Assembly (NCBI GenBank): GCA_964525995.1
Contig: CAZGIM010000005.1
Coordinates: 3,811 to 67,810, forward strand
DNA: 64,000 nucleotides
Reading direction: 5' to 3'
From: an uncultured Prolixibacteraceae bacterium
GTDB lineage: Bacteria > Bacteroidota > Bacteroidia > Bacteroidales > FEN-979
In this document: in pieces, positions 48,638 to 56,782 of the stretch
Layout: each line of letters begins with the position of its first letter
Position numbering within the stretch: position 1 is the stretch's first letter
Notes under the pieces: model-generated
The model's database searches: none
What the model saw: the letters and a program-made list of their open reading frames with translations, nothing else
What the model was told of the DNA's origin: nothing
Program-made: the position numbers and the translations under genes

Positions 48638-48899
48638 ATGAAACTGACGAAAACAGATACCGCAAAATTCCGGAAAATCTGCATTGCAGTGTGATTGGTG
48701 GTTCTTTGCCCGCTGCAGGAGCGCTTGGATTATTATAAAGTGCAAACCGTCAATCCGGTTGGGCAACAAGAGGTAAAAGCCTGACAGCGGGAGTGTTCAG
48801 ATCGCTTTTTCAAAGATTCAATAGACTGAGGTTTATGTAAAGGCCAGGGGGCGGACCCATGCGCTATGGCTCGTTCCGGGAACCGGCAGACCTGTGCTT
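48638..48899 (+). pseudogene. Decayed paralog of the 30278-30850 lipoprotein gene
   Basis: Colinear nucleotide similarity (MKLTKTDTAKFRKI vs MKPTKTGTVTFRKI), TGA at 48692, an internal deletion at 48775-48782 and TAG at 48822. Confidence 0.85.
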
Positions 48900-49311
48900 A
48901 TGATCCGTTTATCGCACATGGTGAGCGTTACTTCATTTTTTTTGTGTATCCGATCAGGGGACCGGTACCCATCTCGCTGGGTTCTTCACCGGTAAAAACG
49001 GCCATGGTTGATGTAAAAGACCCGGAAGGTAAAATGTTAATGAGAAAACATTCGGGAAAGAGACCGGAATCAACCCGGCAAACAGACCCAAAGGAAATTA
49101 CTTCACTGATCTGATGGTTGAACATCAGAAAATAATCAGAAAAATATCCGTCGAAGGAAAATATAGTCCATCAACCTGCAAAAGGACTGTTATGCCATTT
49201 TTTCGTGCGTCATTTGCGCCGTAATTCAGGATGTAATCTTCTTCAGCAATTACAATTAACGATAAAGAAAAATTATGATGAAAAAACTATGAAATTAAAA
49301 ACTATTAACGA

Positions 49312-50280
49312 ATGAAATCAATTGTATATATGAAATACGGACCTCCTGAAGTTCTTCTTCCGAAAGAGGTTGAAAAACCCATTCCCGCGAACCATGAAGT
49401 TCTCGTAAAGATTATGGCCACAACCGTTACCGCCGCCGATTGCATGATGCGCAGGGGCGATACCGTTTTAAGCAGGATATTCCTGGGATTCAGAAAACCG
49501 CGGAAAAAATATCAAATCCCCGGAACCGAGTTCTCAGGCGTTGTTGAATCGGTTGGTCAAAAAGTCAGCAAGTTCAAACCCGGCGATGAGGTGTATGGTT
49601 TCAGAGGCTTTGGAACCGGTTGCTATGCCTCGTACAAATGTATACATGAAAATGATTCGCTGGCCCTGAAGCCGCGTAACATGGATTTTCGCGAAGCCGC
49701 ATCCATCGTTGACGGTGCATCAACGGCGTTGTTTTTCCTGAAAGAAAAAGCCGGTATCCAGAAAGGGCAGAAAGTCTTGATAAATGGAGCATCCGGCAGC
49801 ATCGGTACATTTGCCGTTCAATTAGCAAGCTATTTCGGCGCTGAGGTGACAGGCGTTTGCAGTACCAGGAACATGGAGCTGGTTAAACTGTTGGGGGCCG
49901 AAAGAGTCATGGATTATACCGAATACGATTTTACCGAAGCCGTCAATACCTACGATATCATCTTCGACACCGTGGGAAAAAGTTCCTTTACCCATTGCAG
50001 GAAAGCGCTTAAACCCGGTGGCAAATACCTGGTGACGGTCATGACATTTAGGCACGTTCTGCTGTCGTTGCTAACCCGGATCGGGAAGGGGAAGAAGGTG
50101 ATCTTTTCCATGTCGGTTAACAAGACCGATGCATTAAATTTTATCCGGACCATGGTTGAAGCCGGAAACCTGGTAACTATTATCGATAAGGAATATTCCC
50201 TTGAAGAAATACAGGAAGCCCACGCCTATGTTGAAAAAGGTCATAAAACGGGAAGCGTGGTGATTACCGTCAACAATTAA
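49312..50280 (+). CDS. NAD(P)-dependent MDR-family oxidoreductase (zinc-independent, RTN4IP1-like)
   Basis: YGPPEVL, PGTEFSGVV, VLINGASGSIGTFAVQLA and HKTGSVVI. Confidence 0.9.
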   Translation: MKSIVYMKYGPPEVLLPKEVEKPIPANHEVLVKIMATTVTAADCMMRRGDTVLSRIFLGFRKPRKKYQIPGTEFSGVVESVGQKVSKFKPGDEVYGFRGFGTGCYASYKCIHENDSLALKPRNMDFREAASIVDGASTALFFLKEKAGIQKGQKVLINGASGSIGTFAVQLASYFGAEVTGVCSTRNMELVKLLGAERVMDYTEYDFTEAVNTYDIIFDTVGKSSFTHCRKALKPGGKYLVTVMTFRHVLLSLLTRIGKGKKVIFSMSVNKTDALNFIRTMVEAGNLVTIIDKEYSLEEIQEAHAYVEKGHKTGSVVITVNN

Positions 50281-50287
50281 CCGGGAT

Positions 50288-51409
50288 ATGAAAAACCTGA
50301 TTTTTTTTATTCTTTTCCTTTTTATCTCGACGGTGATTTTCGGGCAGGTGACAAAAACGACAGATCAGGATTTATTGAATCATTATCCCCTTCCGATGGT
50401 GGATAAGCGTGTTGAACTCCTGAGTATCGTCTTTCGCCTGGCAGGGAATTTTGAATACAACGATGACGCTTACCGGAGCTATGCTTCAGATATCCACAAC
50501 CACTTCGACAAGTACAAAGGTCATCCCCTTATTGTCTTTGCCAAAGAAATGAGTGATAAAAACGGGGTCGGTTTTGATGCCGTACAGGCGATGGCAATTT
50601 ACTTGAAACAGCCACCTTTGTTGGATCCACTGATTCCATTTTCCTCAAAAATCCCGGAACGAAGATGGGGACAGGACAATGCCGGTAAATTCGTAGCGCT
50701 GTTGAAACAGTTCTACATTGATGCCCGATGCGATGCCTTCTTCACGGAACACGAAACCCTGTATCAAACCGCGCAGGAAAGAATCATACCGGTTTACAAA
50801 GCCCTGGATCTAAACTGGTACCATCAATTTTATGGCACAGTGACGGATGGCAGCCTGAACATCATCGCCGGATTGGGGCTTGGAGGAGGCAATTATGGTC
50901 CAAAAGCCGTATTTCCTGATGGGTCCGAAGCCATTTATGCCATCATGGGAACATGGTCGATCGATAGCGCCAATATGCCTGTTTATCCGGTGGATCACTA
51001 CCTGCCCACCCTTATCCATGAATTTAACCATTCCTGGGTAAATCCCCTGACAAAAAAATATGAAAAGGAATTTGAAGATGGTGGGAAAAAACTCTTCGAC
51101 CTTATGAAAGAAGGCATGGGGAATCAGCATTATAACAGCTGGCAGACCATGATGAATGAATCGCTGGTAAGGGCCTCGGTAATCCGTTACCTGTTGAAGC
51201 ACCACCCCGACGGTAAAGCAGCCAAAGGACAACTGATCTCTGACTTCGGCAGGGGATTCTTCTGGATGAAAGGTCTTGTTGAAGCTTTAGGGTTCTATGA
51301 GAAAAACAGGGAAAAGTATCCGACACTCGAGAGTTACGTCCCGGTTCTGGTTGATTTTTACAACAGGGTGGCCATTGAAAGTGTAACGATGTTTGATATA
51401 ACAAAATAA
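50288..51409 (+). CDS. DUF4932 domain protein (secreted; HExxH, possible metallopeptidase)
   Basis: VDKRVELLSIVFRLAG, GNYGP, LIHEFNHSWVN and NESLVRA. Confidence 0.8.
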   Translation: MKNLIFFILFLFISTVIFGQVTKTTDQDLLNHYPLPMVDKRVELLSIVFRLAGNFEYNDDAYRSYASDIHNHFDKYKGHPLIVFAKEMSDKNGVGFDAVQAMAIYLKQPPLLDPLIPFSSKIPERRWGQDNAGKFVALLKQFYIDARCDAFFTEHETLYQTAQERIIPVYKALDLNWYHQFYGTVTDGSLNIIAGLGLGGGNYGPKAVFPDGSEAIYAIMGTWSIDSANMPVYPVDHYLPTLIHEFNHSWVNPLTKKYEKEFEDGGKKLFDLMKEGMGNQHYNSWQTMMNESLVRASVIRYLLKHHPDGKAAKGQLISDFGRGFFWMKGLVEALGFYEKNREKYPTLESYVPVLVDFYNRVAIESVTMFDITK

Positions 51410-51495
51410 GCAAGACAAATGAAATCAAGAACCATTCGACGAAACCTATAAATTGTACGATCAATAAAAAAGGAGTTTCCATGAAAAAGTACCGG

Positions 51496-52887
51496 TCAGC
51501 GCCACTCGAAGAGCAATACGGGCGGTATCAGCAGCAGGCAACCCATGATCAGGAAAATCAAAGAGAGCGGGAGCATGAAACGAATCCATTTGTCGTAGGG
51601 GATGTTGCCGATAGCCAGGATTCCCATGGTGACCCCGCTGGTGGGGAAGATATTTGTGAAAAGCCCGTCGCCTAACTGGTAAGCCAGAACAGCCGTCTGC
51701 CTTGTGATCCCGATCAGGTCGCTAAGTGGCGACATGAGGGGCATGGTAAGCGCGGCCTGTCCCGACCCCGATGGAACAAAGAAGTTCATGACGCCCTGAA
51801 ACAGGAACATAAACTGAACGGAGACCACCTTAGGGAATTGATCCATGGAGCCGGCAATACCGGCCAGGATAGTGTCGATGATTTTGCCGTCGGTTGCCAC
51901 GATCAGCATTCCGCGGGTAAGCCCGATCACCATAGCAGCCGTCATCATATCACGGGCGCCCTCAAGAAATGCTCCTACGGCTGCGTTGGCCTTCAACCCT
52001 GAAAAAATGGCTGCCAGTAACCCCATGGCGATGAACAGTCCTGCGATTTCATTGATGTACCAGTCCCAGATATTTACTCCGACGATCAGCATGACGATGG
52101 ATCCGAAGAAAATGGCCAGGACCAATTTTCTTTTCAAGGTGAAGGCAAGGTCTTCGGCCGAATGGTAAGCTGTCAGATCCCGCTTCCGGTCGATCTCATA
52201 AACAAGACTTTTTTCCGGATTCTTTTCAATCCGGCGCGCATACCACATCACGAAGGCAATGGCAGTGGCCATCAGGATCACCCACACCACAAGCCTGTAT
52301 TCCCAGCCGCTGAAGACGGGGATCTCAGCAATACCCTGGGCGATGCCGATGGTAAAGGGATTGCTGAACGCGCCGGCAAATCCCGAGGCTGCGCCAATGA
52401 ACGGTATGGCAATGCCGGTAAGTGAATCGTACCCCATGGCTATGGCCAGCGGAATGGTGATGAGAATAAATACCATAACCTCCTCACACATACCGAATGA
52501 TGCTCCGGCTAAAGAAAAGAGGAACATGATGATCGGGATGATGAATTTCTTGATGGCCGGGTTCTTCCGGGTCATCTCCAGTATTCCCGACAAGCCGGCG
52601 TTGATCGCACCGGTCTTATTGACGATCCCGAAGGCGCCTCCGATCAGGAGAACAAAGGCAATGATCTGGGCTGCCGAGATCATACCCCGGATGGGAGCGG
52701 TAAAGAGTTCCATCATCCCCTGCGGGCTGGGGTCAACATGATGGTAAGTGCCGGGAACCACCACTTGTCGACCGTTAAGATCATGGCGCTGAAATTCACC
52801 GGCCGGGATGATCCAGGTCAATAAGAGAAAAATAATAAGGATGACCGATACAATGATCAGGGTGTGTGGGATCTTCTTTTTTTCCAT
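51496..52887 (-). CDS. YfcC-family (DcuC/ArcD-like) inner membrane transporter
   Basis: PHTLII, IIPAGEF, NPFTIGIAQGIAE, VPSGSGQAALTMPL and AYQLGDG. Start MEKKK (52887). Confidence 0.9.
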   Translation of the reverse strand: MEKKKIPHTLIIVSVILIIFLLLTWIIPAGEFQRHDLNGRQVVVPGTYHHVDPSPQGMMELFTAPIRGMISAAQIIAFVLLIGGAFGIVNKTGAINAGLSGILEMTRKNPAIKKFIIPIIMFLFSLAGASFGMCEEVMVFILITIPLAIAMGYDSLTGIAIPFIGAASGFAGAFSNPFTIGIAQGIAEIPVFSGWEYRLVVWVILMATAIAFVMWYARRIEKNPEKSLVYEIDRKRDLTAYHSAEDLAFTLKRKLVLAIFFGSIVMLIVGVNIWDWYINEIAGLFIAMGLLAAIFSGLKANAAVGAFLEGARDMMTAAMVIGLTRGMLIVATDGKIIDTILAGIAGSMDQFPKVVSVQFMFLFQGVMNFFVPSGSGQAALTMPLMSPLSDLIGITRQTAVLAYQLGDGLFTNIFPTSGVTMGILAIGNIPYDKWIRFMLPLSLIFLIMGCLLLIPPVLLFEWR

Positions 52888-53003
52888 CGGGATAACAGAT
52901 AAAACGGACAGGATTTCGATTCTGTACAAAATTATTCCATATTTCCAATTTTAAAACAAATCAATATTATCCTTATTGAAATATTTATTTTGATGGTATT
53001 CAT

Positions 53004-53011
53004 TATATTTG
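53004..53011 (+). promoter_or_regulatory. -7 element TATATTTG
   Basis: Exact TAnnTTTG 34 nt upstream of ATG 53045. Confidence 0.55.
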
Positions 53012-53044
53012 CAATAATTGATGTCAAACTAAAATTTTAAACCC

Positions 53045-54142
53045 ATGAAAAGATTTTTACTTGTCGTAGCAGTTCTGCTGCTGCTTGTGTCAAATTCCTT
53101 CTCCCAGGCGGAATTCAGTACTGGCGCACTGAAGATTGGAATCAATGAATATGGCGCCATTGAACTATTCACCGCGGATGAGGTTTACCAAATTGATCGC
53201 GCCTCCATCCTGGTAGCCAGCGGTCCCGATGCCGTTTTTGATTATAAGAATGATGCGAATGAGGACGAACCTACCGTTCTGGTTGCCAATCCTACGCAAA
53301 GCGACTTCGAAATCTACGGAGCTTACAACAATACCTATTCTGGCGATCCTCCCGATGTGATCGTTAAACTGCACGCTTATGGCTGGAACGACGGGGGATA
53401 TGTCATTCTAAAGTTCATCATCAAGAACAACGAAACAGCCGCCATGAATGCCATGGCAGGTCTCGATATCATTCCTTATATTAATGAGATTTATGGATAC
53501 GATACCGTCACGTACAACAACACCGAAGGAGTGGTTAGGCTTCACCGAGGGAATCAAACTAATGTAGGCCTGAAACTGCTTTCGACCACACTCGGATCAC
53601 TCTACTCTTTTGAATGGTATGACGAATATTATGTTGACACAAGTTACTATAACTGGATGAATTATGGTTCTCTTCAACCCCAGTATGTCTCGAATACCGG
53701 CGACGGTCCTGTTATCATCACCGCACAAGCCCCGGTAGCCCTCAATGCAGGTGAATCATTCAACGTTTATTATGCCATGGCCCTTGGGGAGAACGAACAG
53801 GCCATGCTGAATAATATTGCTGTTGCAGAGGATAAATACCAAACGCTGATTACTGCAGTTGATGAAAAGGGAATTGCCGCACAGGGACTGCAACTTGACC
53901 AGAACCAGCCCAATCCCTTCCGGCAAACCACGGCTATCCGTTACACACTTCCCGAAAGTGGCAAGGTCAGTCTGAAAGTTTACAATGTGTTTGGAAACGA
54001 AGTAGCCACCCTCATCGATGGAATTCAGGCCAAGGGTAGCCATAGCGTGAACTATAGCGGGAATGATCTTCCCGCCGGCGTTTACTACTACACCCTCAGG
54101 GTGAACGGCGAAGCGAAGACTGGTAAGATGATTGTACGATGA
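53045..54142 (+). CDS. T9SS type A secreted protein of unknown function
   Basis: Signal peptide ending SFS-Q, acidic Tyr-rich beta domain and C-terminal QNQPNPF...LPAGVYYY...KMIVR. Confidence 0.85.
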   Translation: MKRFLLVVAVLLLLVSNSFSQAEFSTGALKIGINEYGAIELFTADEVYQIDRASILVASGPDAVFDYKNDANEDEPTVLVANPTQSDFEIYGAYNNTYSGDPPDVIVKLHAYGWNDGGYVILKFIIKNNETAAMNAMAGLDIIPYINEIYGYDTVTYNNTEGVVRLHRGNQTNVGLKLLSTTLGSLYSFEWYDEYYVDTSYYNWMNYGSLQPQYVSNTGDGPVIITAQAPVALNAGESFNVYYAMALGENEQAMLNNIAVAEDKYQTLITAVDEKGIAAQGLQLDQNQPNPFRQTTAIRYTLPESGKVSLKVYNVFGNEVATLIDGIQAKGSHSVNYSGNDLPAGVYYYTLRVNGEAKTGKMIVR

Positions 54143-54152
54143 AGATTCTGAT

Positions 54153-54186
54153 AAAAAAAAGGCGGCCAAATGCCGCCTTTTTTTTT
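54153..54186. terminator. Bidirectional intrinsic terminator between convergent genes
   Basis: A8-GGCGGC-caaat-GCCGCC-T9. Confidence 0.9.
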
Positions 54187-54199
54187 ATCTCTTCTTTCA

Positions 54200-55399
54200 T
54201 CAAAGCTTGATCCACACCACAGTCATTGCATGCGGACTAACCCCGGTGATCCAGTCTTCGGGATTGGAGCCGTCGAGGTTGGCGCGGATGATCTTACCAT
54301 CAGGATCCGAATTAGAGATCTTGTAACCCCAGAACAGTTTATTCCGCTGGTAATCGATGGTGATTCCCCAGGTTGCTTTCGACCCATAATCGCCAATCTT
54401 TGTGAGGGCGGAACCATCAAAATTACACATGAAGATGCCATCATCGGGCGCTACGGTGCCTTCTGAACCATAGAGAACCAGGTATGCTTTTGCATTTTTG
54501 AAGTCCATCTCGAGGGCGGTGCCATCCACATCGGGAATGATCTCCGTCATACCGGAACCATCGAAATTTGTTACCCAGAATCCTCCGCTGTAATCGGTCT
54601 TGTCGTTGACCAGGTATATTTTATTAGTGGCGGGATCATATTGTATGTCGATGGGATATTCGGGCGGATTACCCGTGGTATTGATATGAACCTCTGGATT
54701 GGTTCCGTCGAGGTTGCATTTGTAAATCCCTCCGGTACGTCCCCAGTAAAGTTTATCTCCCAGCACAAACATACCCTGCGCGTCGCCCACGATCTCCTGT
54801 CCGGGAACGCTGGCATCCAGAATTTTTTCCGGTAATTTTCCATCAGGGCTGAAACGGTAAATGATCTGGTTGGAATAATCGGAAATATAGACTTTCTTGT
54901 GTGCCGTATCGACAGCGATACCATACGGCCGATCCATATCCAGCGGAACGAAATCCTGCACCAGGGGAGCTGCCTCATCCAGGATCACCATGTGCCCGTT
55001 CCCCGGCGTTCCCCGTGAGGTGAAATAGAGCACCTGGGTCAACCCCGCATTCGGATCCTTTACATTGATCACCATGGTCTTGACCAGTTGGTTATAATAA
55101 ACCGGATTCACAGCTGTACAGGTCAGTTTTACATTGTAAAGTCCGGGAGTTGCATAGCTGGTCGAAGGATTGGCTTCCGTAGAGGTTTGACCGTTCCCGA
55201 AATCCCAGAGATAGCTCTTTGCATTCAGCGAAAGATTGGTGAATGTAACATCGCAGGGAGCATACCCTTCGTTGGTGACGGTATAATCGAAGTTGGCTAT
55301 GGTACTGGCCAGGGGAGTCCCCATGTCCTTCTCCTTGCATCCGGCGACGGTTATCATGACCATCATGATCACGGCCGAGAATATAATATTGATTTTCAT
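54200..55399 (-). CDS. SusE-positioned lipoprotein: PKD domain + YWTD/LDL-receptor-like propeller (DUF5050-like)
   Basis: Lipobox VAGC-KEKD, YLWDFGNG...YATPGLYNV (PKD), and PYGIAVD..KKVYISD / WGITID..RNKLFW blades. Confidence 0.8.
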   Translation of the reverse strand: MKINIIFSAVIMMVMITVAGCKEKDMGTPLASTIANFDYTVTNEGYAPCDVTFTNLSLNAKSYLWDFGNGQTSTEANPSTSYATPGLYNVKLTCTAVNPVYYNQLVKTMVINVKDPNAGLTQVLYFTSRGTPGNGHMVILDEAAPLVQDFVPLDMDRPYGIAVDTAHKKVYISDYSNQIIYRFSPDGKLPEKILDASVPGQEIVGDAQGMFVLGDKLYWGRTGGIYKCNLDGTNPEVHINTTGNPPEYPIDIQYDPATNKIYLVNDKTDYSGGFWVTNFDGSGMTEIIPDVDGTALEMDFKNAKAYLVLYGSEGTVAPDDGIFMCNFDGSALTKIGDYGSKATWGITIDYQRNKLFWGYKISNSDPDGKIIRANLDGSNPEDWITGVSPHAMTVVWIKL

Positions 55400-55429
55400 A
55401 TTTTTCAGGTTTGTCTGTTAGCAAATTGA

Positions 55430-56764
55430 TCAATAACCGGGATTTTGTGTCATCAGCGTATTGGTCTGAAGTTCACTGAGCGGAATCGGAAATAGCGTAT
55501 ATTTCTCGTCGATCCCCAGCACGGAGGCAGCCCTCTTTGTCCTGACAAGGTCGCTCCAACGCTGTCCTTCGAAGGCGAACTCATGACGCCGCTCATTTTC
55601 GATAGCGAGTTTCAGCTCGGGAATACTGGCAGCAGTGGTCGGATCGAGACCGGCACGAAGCCTGATAGTGTTGATATCGGCCCGGATGGCTTCAGTGTCC
55701 CCGTTTGTGTAGGCCAGCGCTTCCGCCCTGATCAGGTACATCTCCGCTAATCGCAATACGAACACACGGTCGGCGCCCGACACAATGTCGCGGTATTTGA
55801 ACGCGTAAGGCAGGTAATTCTCATCAAAGGCAACCGATGAAGCGAAGCGTACCGTGTCGGTAGTCTGGAAGCTTTGAACAAATGCCGCCGGCGGGGATAC
55901 CTCGTAACGGCCGGTCAGGCTGACAGGGAAAAAGTACTGTGCCAGCCGGTTATAGTTCTGGGCATCGAAAATGACCTCGAAAATCGCTTCGGTGGCATTC
56001 CCAGTGAAAAGTTCGGCATATGCCGGCGCCAGCACAAACCCTCCCAGGTTGATCACATTTTCGGCTTTGGCGATGGCTAATTTGGCGATGGCTGGATCGT
56101 TAGTCGCCTGGAACTGGGTCAGGTAAACCCTGGCGAGCAACGCCGACGCACTGAAAGAGCTAGCCCAGCCGGCGGTGCGTGTGGCAGGGAGAATGTTCTC
56201 GGCATTCAGCAGGTCGTTTATAATCTGGGAATTGACTTGTGAAACACTGCTCCGTGCCTGGTTGATGGAGGAAAGGTCGGAAGTTGGTTTAGTCTTGACA
56301 GGAATTCCTCCAAAATAGTTAAGAAGGTTGAAATGCGACAGGGCTCTCAGAAACAGCGCATCGCCGGTAAACATATTCCTTTCTTCCGTAGTCATCTCAA
56401 TACCGCCGATACGATCGAGAACATTGTTGACCCTGTTGATGCAATCGTAGTTGGAGGCCCAGATCCCGTCAATAATGGCATTATCGGCAGCGATCTGGTT
56501 GTCGGCGATCTGCTGATAATCGCGGGTCGTACCGGTCCATGCCAGGTTATCGGCAGCCAGGTCATCGGCAATGACCCGGTTGCGACCGTAGTTACCGACA
56601 TCATGAAGTGAATAATAAGCCCCTGTGATGGCTTTTTCAACGCCGGCCTTATCCTTAATGGCCTGGTCGGCCGAAATCGACTGTGCAGGCTCCACTTCCA
56701 GCATCTTGGTGCAGGATACTGTGGTCAACCCCAGAATGATCAGAAAATATATGATATTTTTCAT
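55430..56764 (-). CDS. susD: RagB/SusD family nutrient-uptake lipoprotein
   Basis: Lipobox TVSC, ALFLRAL.HFNL, RLAEMYLIRAEA, ERRHEFAFEGQRW.DL.R and FPIP..E. Confidence 0.95.
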   Translation of the reverse strand: MKNIIYFLIILGLTTVSCTKMLEVEPAQSISADQAIKDKAGVEKAITGAYYSLHDVGNYGRNRVIADDLAADNLAWTGTTRDYQQIADNQIAADNAIIDGIWASNYDCINRVNNVLDRIGGIEMTTEERNMFTGDALFLRALSHFNLLNYFGGIPVKTKPTSDLSSINQARSSVSQVNSQIINDLLNAENILPATRTAGWASSFSASALLARVYLTQFQATNDPAIAKLAIAKAENVINLGGFVLAPAYAELFTGNATEAIFEVIFDAQNYNRLAQYFFPVSLTGRYEVSPPAAFVQSFQTTDTVRFASSVAFDENYLPYAFKYRDIVSGADRVFVLRLAEMYLIRAEALAYTNGDTEAIRADINTIRLRAGLDPTTAASIPELKLAIENERRHEFAFEGQRWSDLVRTKRAASVLGIDEKYTLFPIPLSELQTNTLMTQNPGY

Positions 56765-56782
56765 CGCTTTTATCTGTTTAAG

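Noticed and set aside
48928-49260. Protein-like minus-strand fragments (65-aa ORF and an upstream frame)
   Set aside because: Possibly a pseudogene, but no family could be recognised and the frames are broken.
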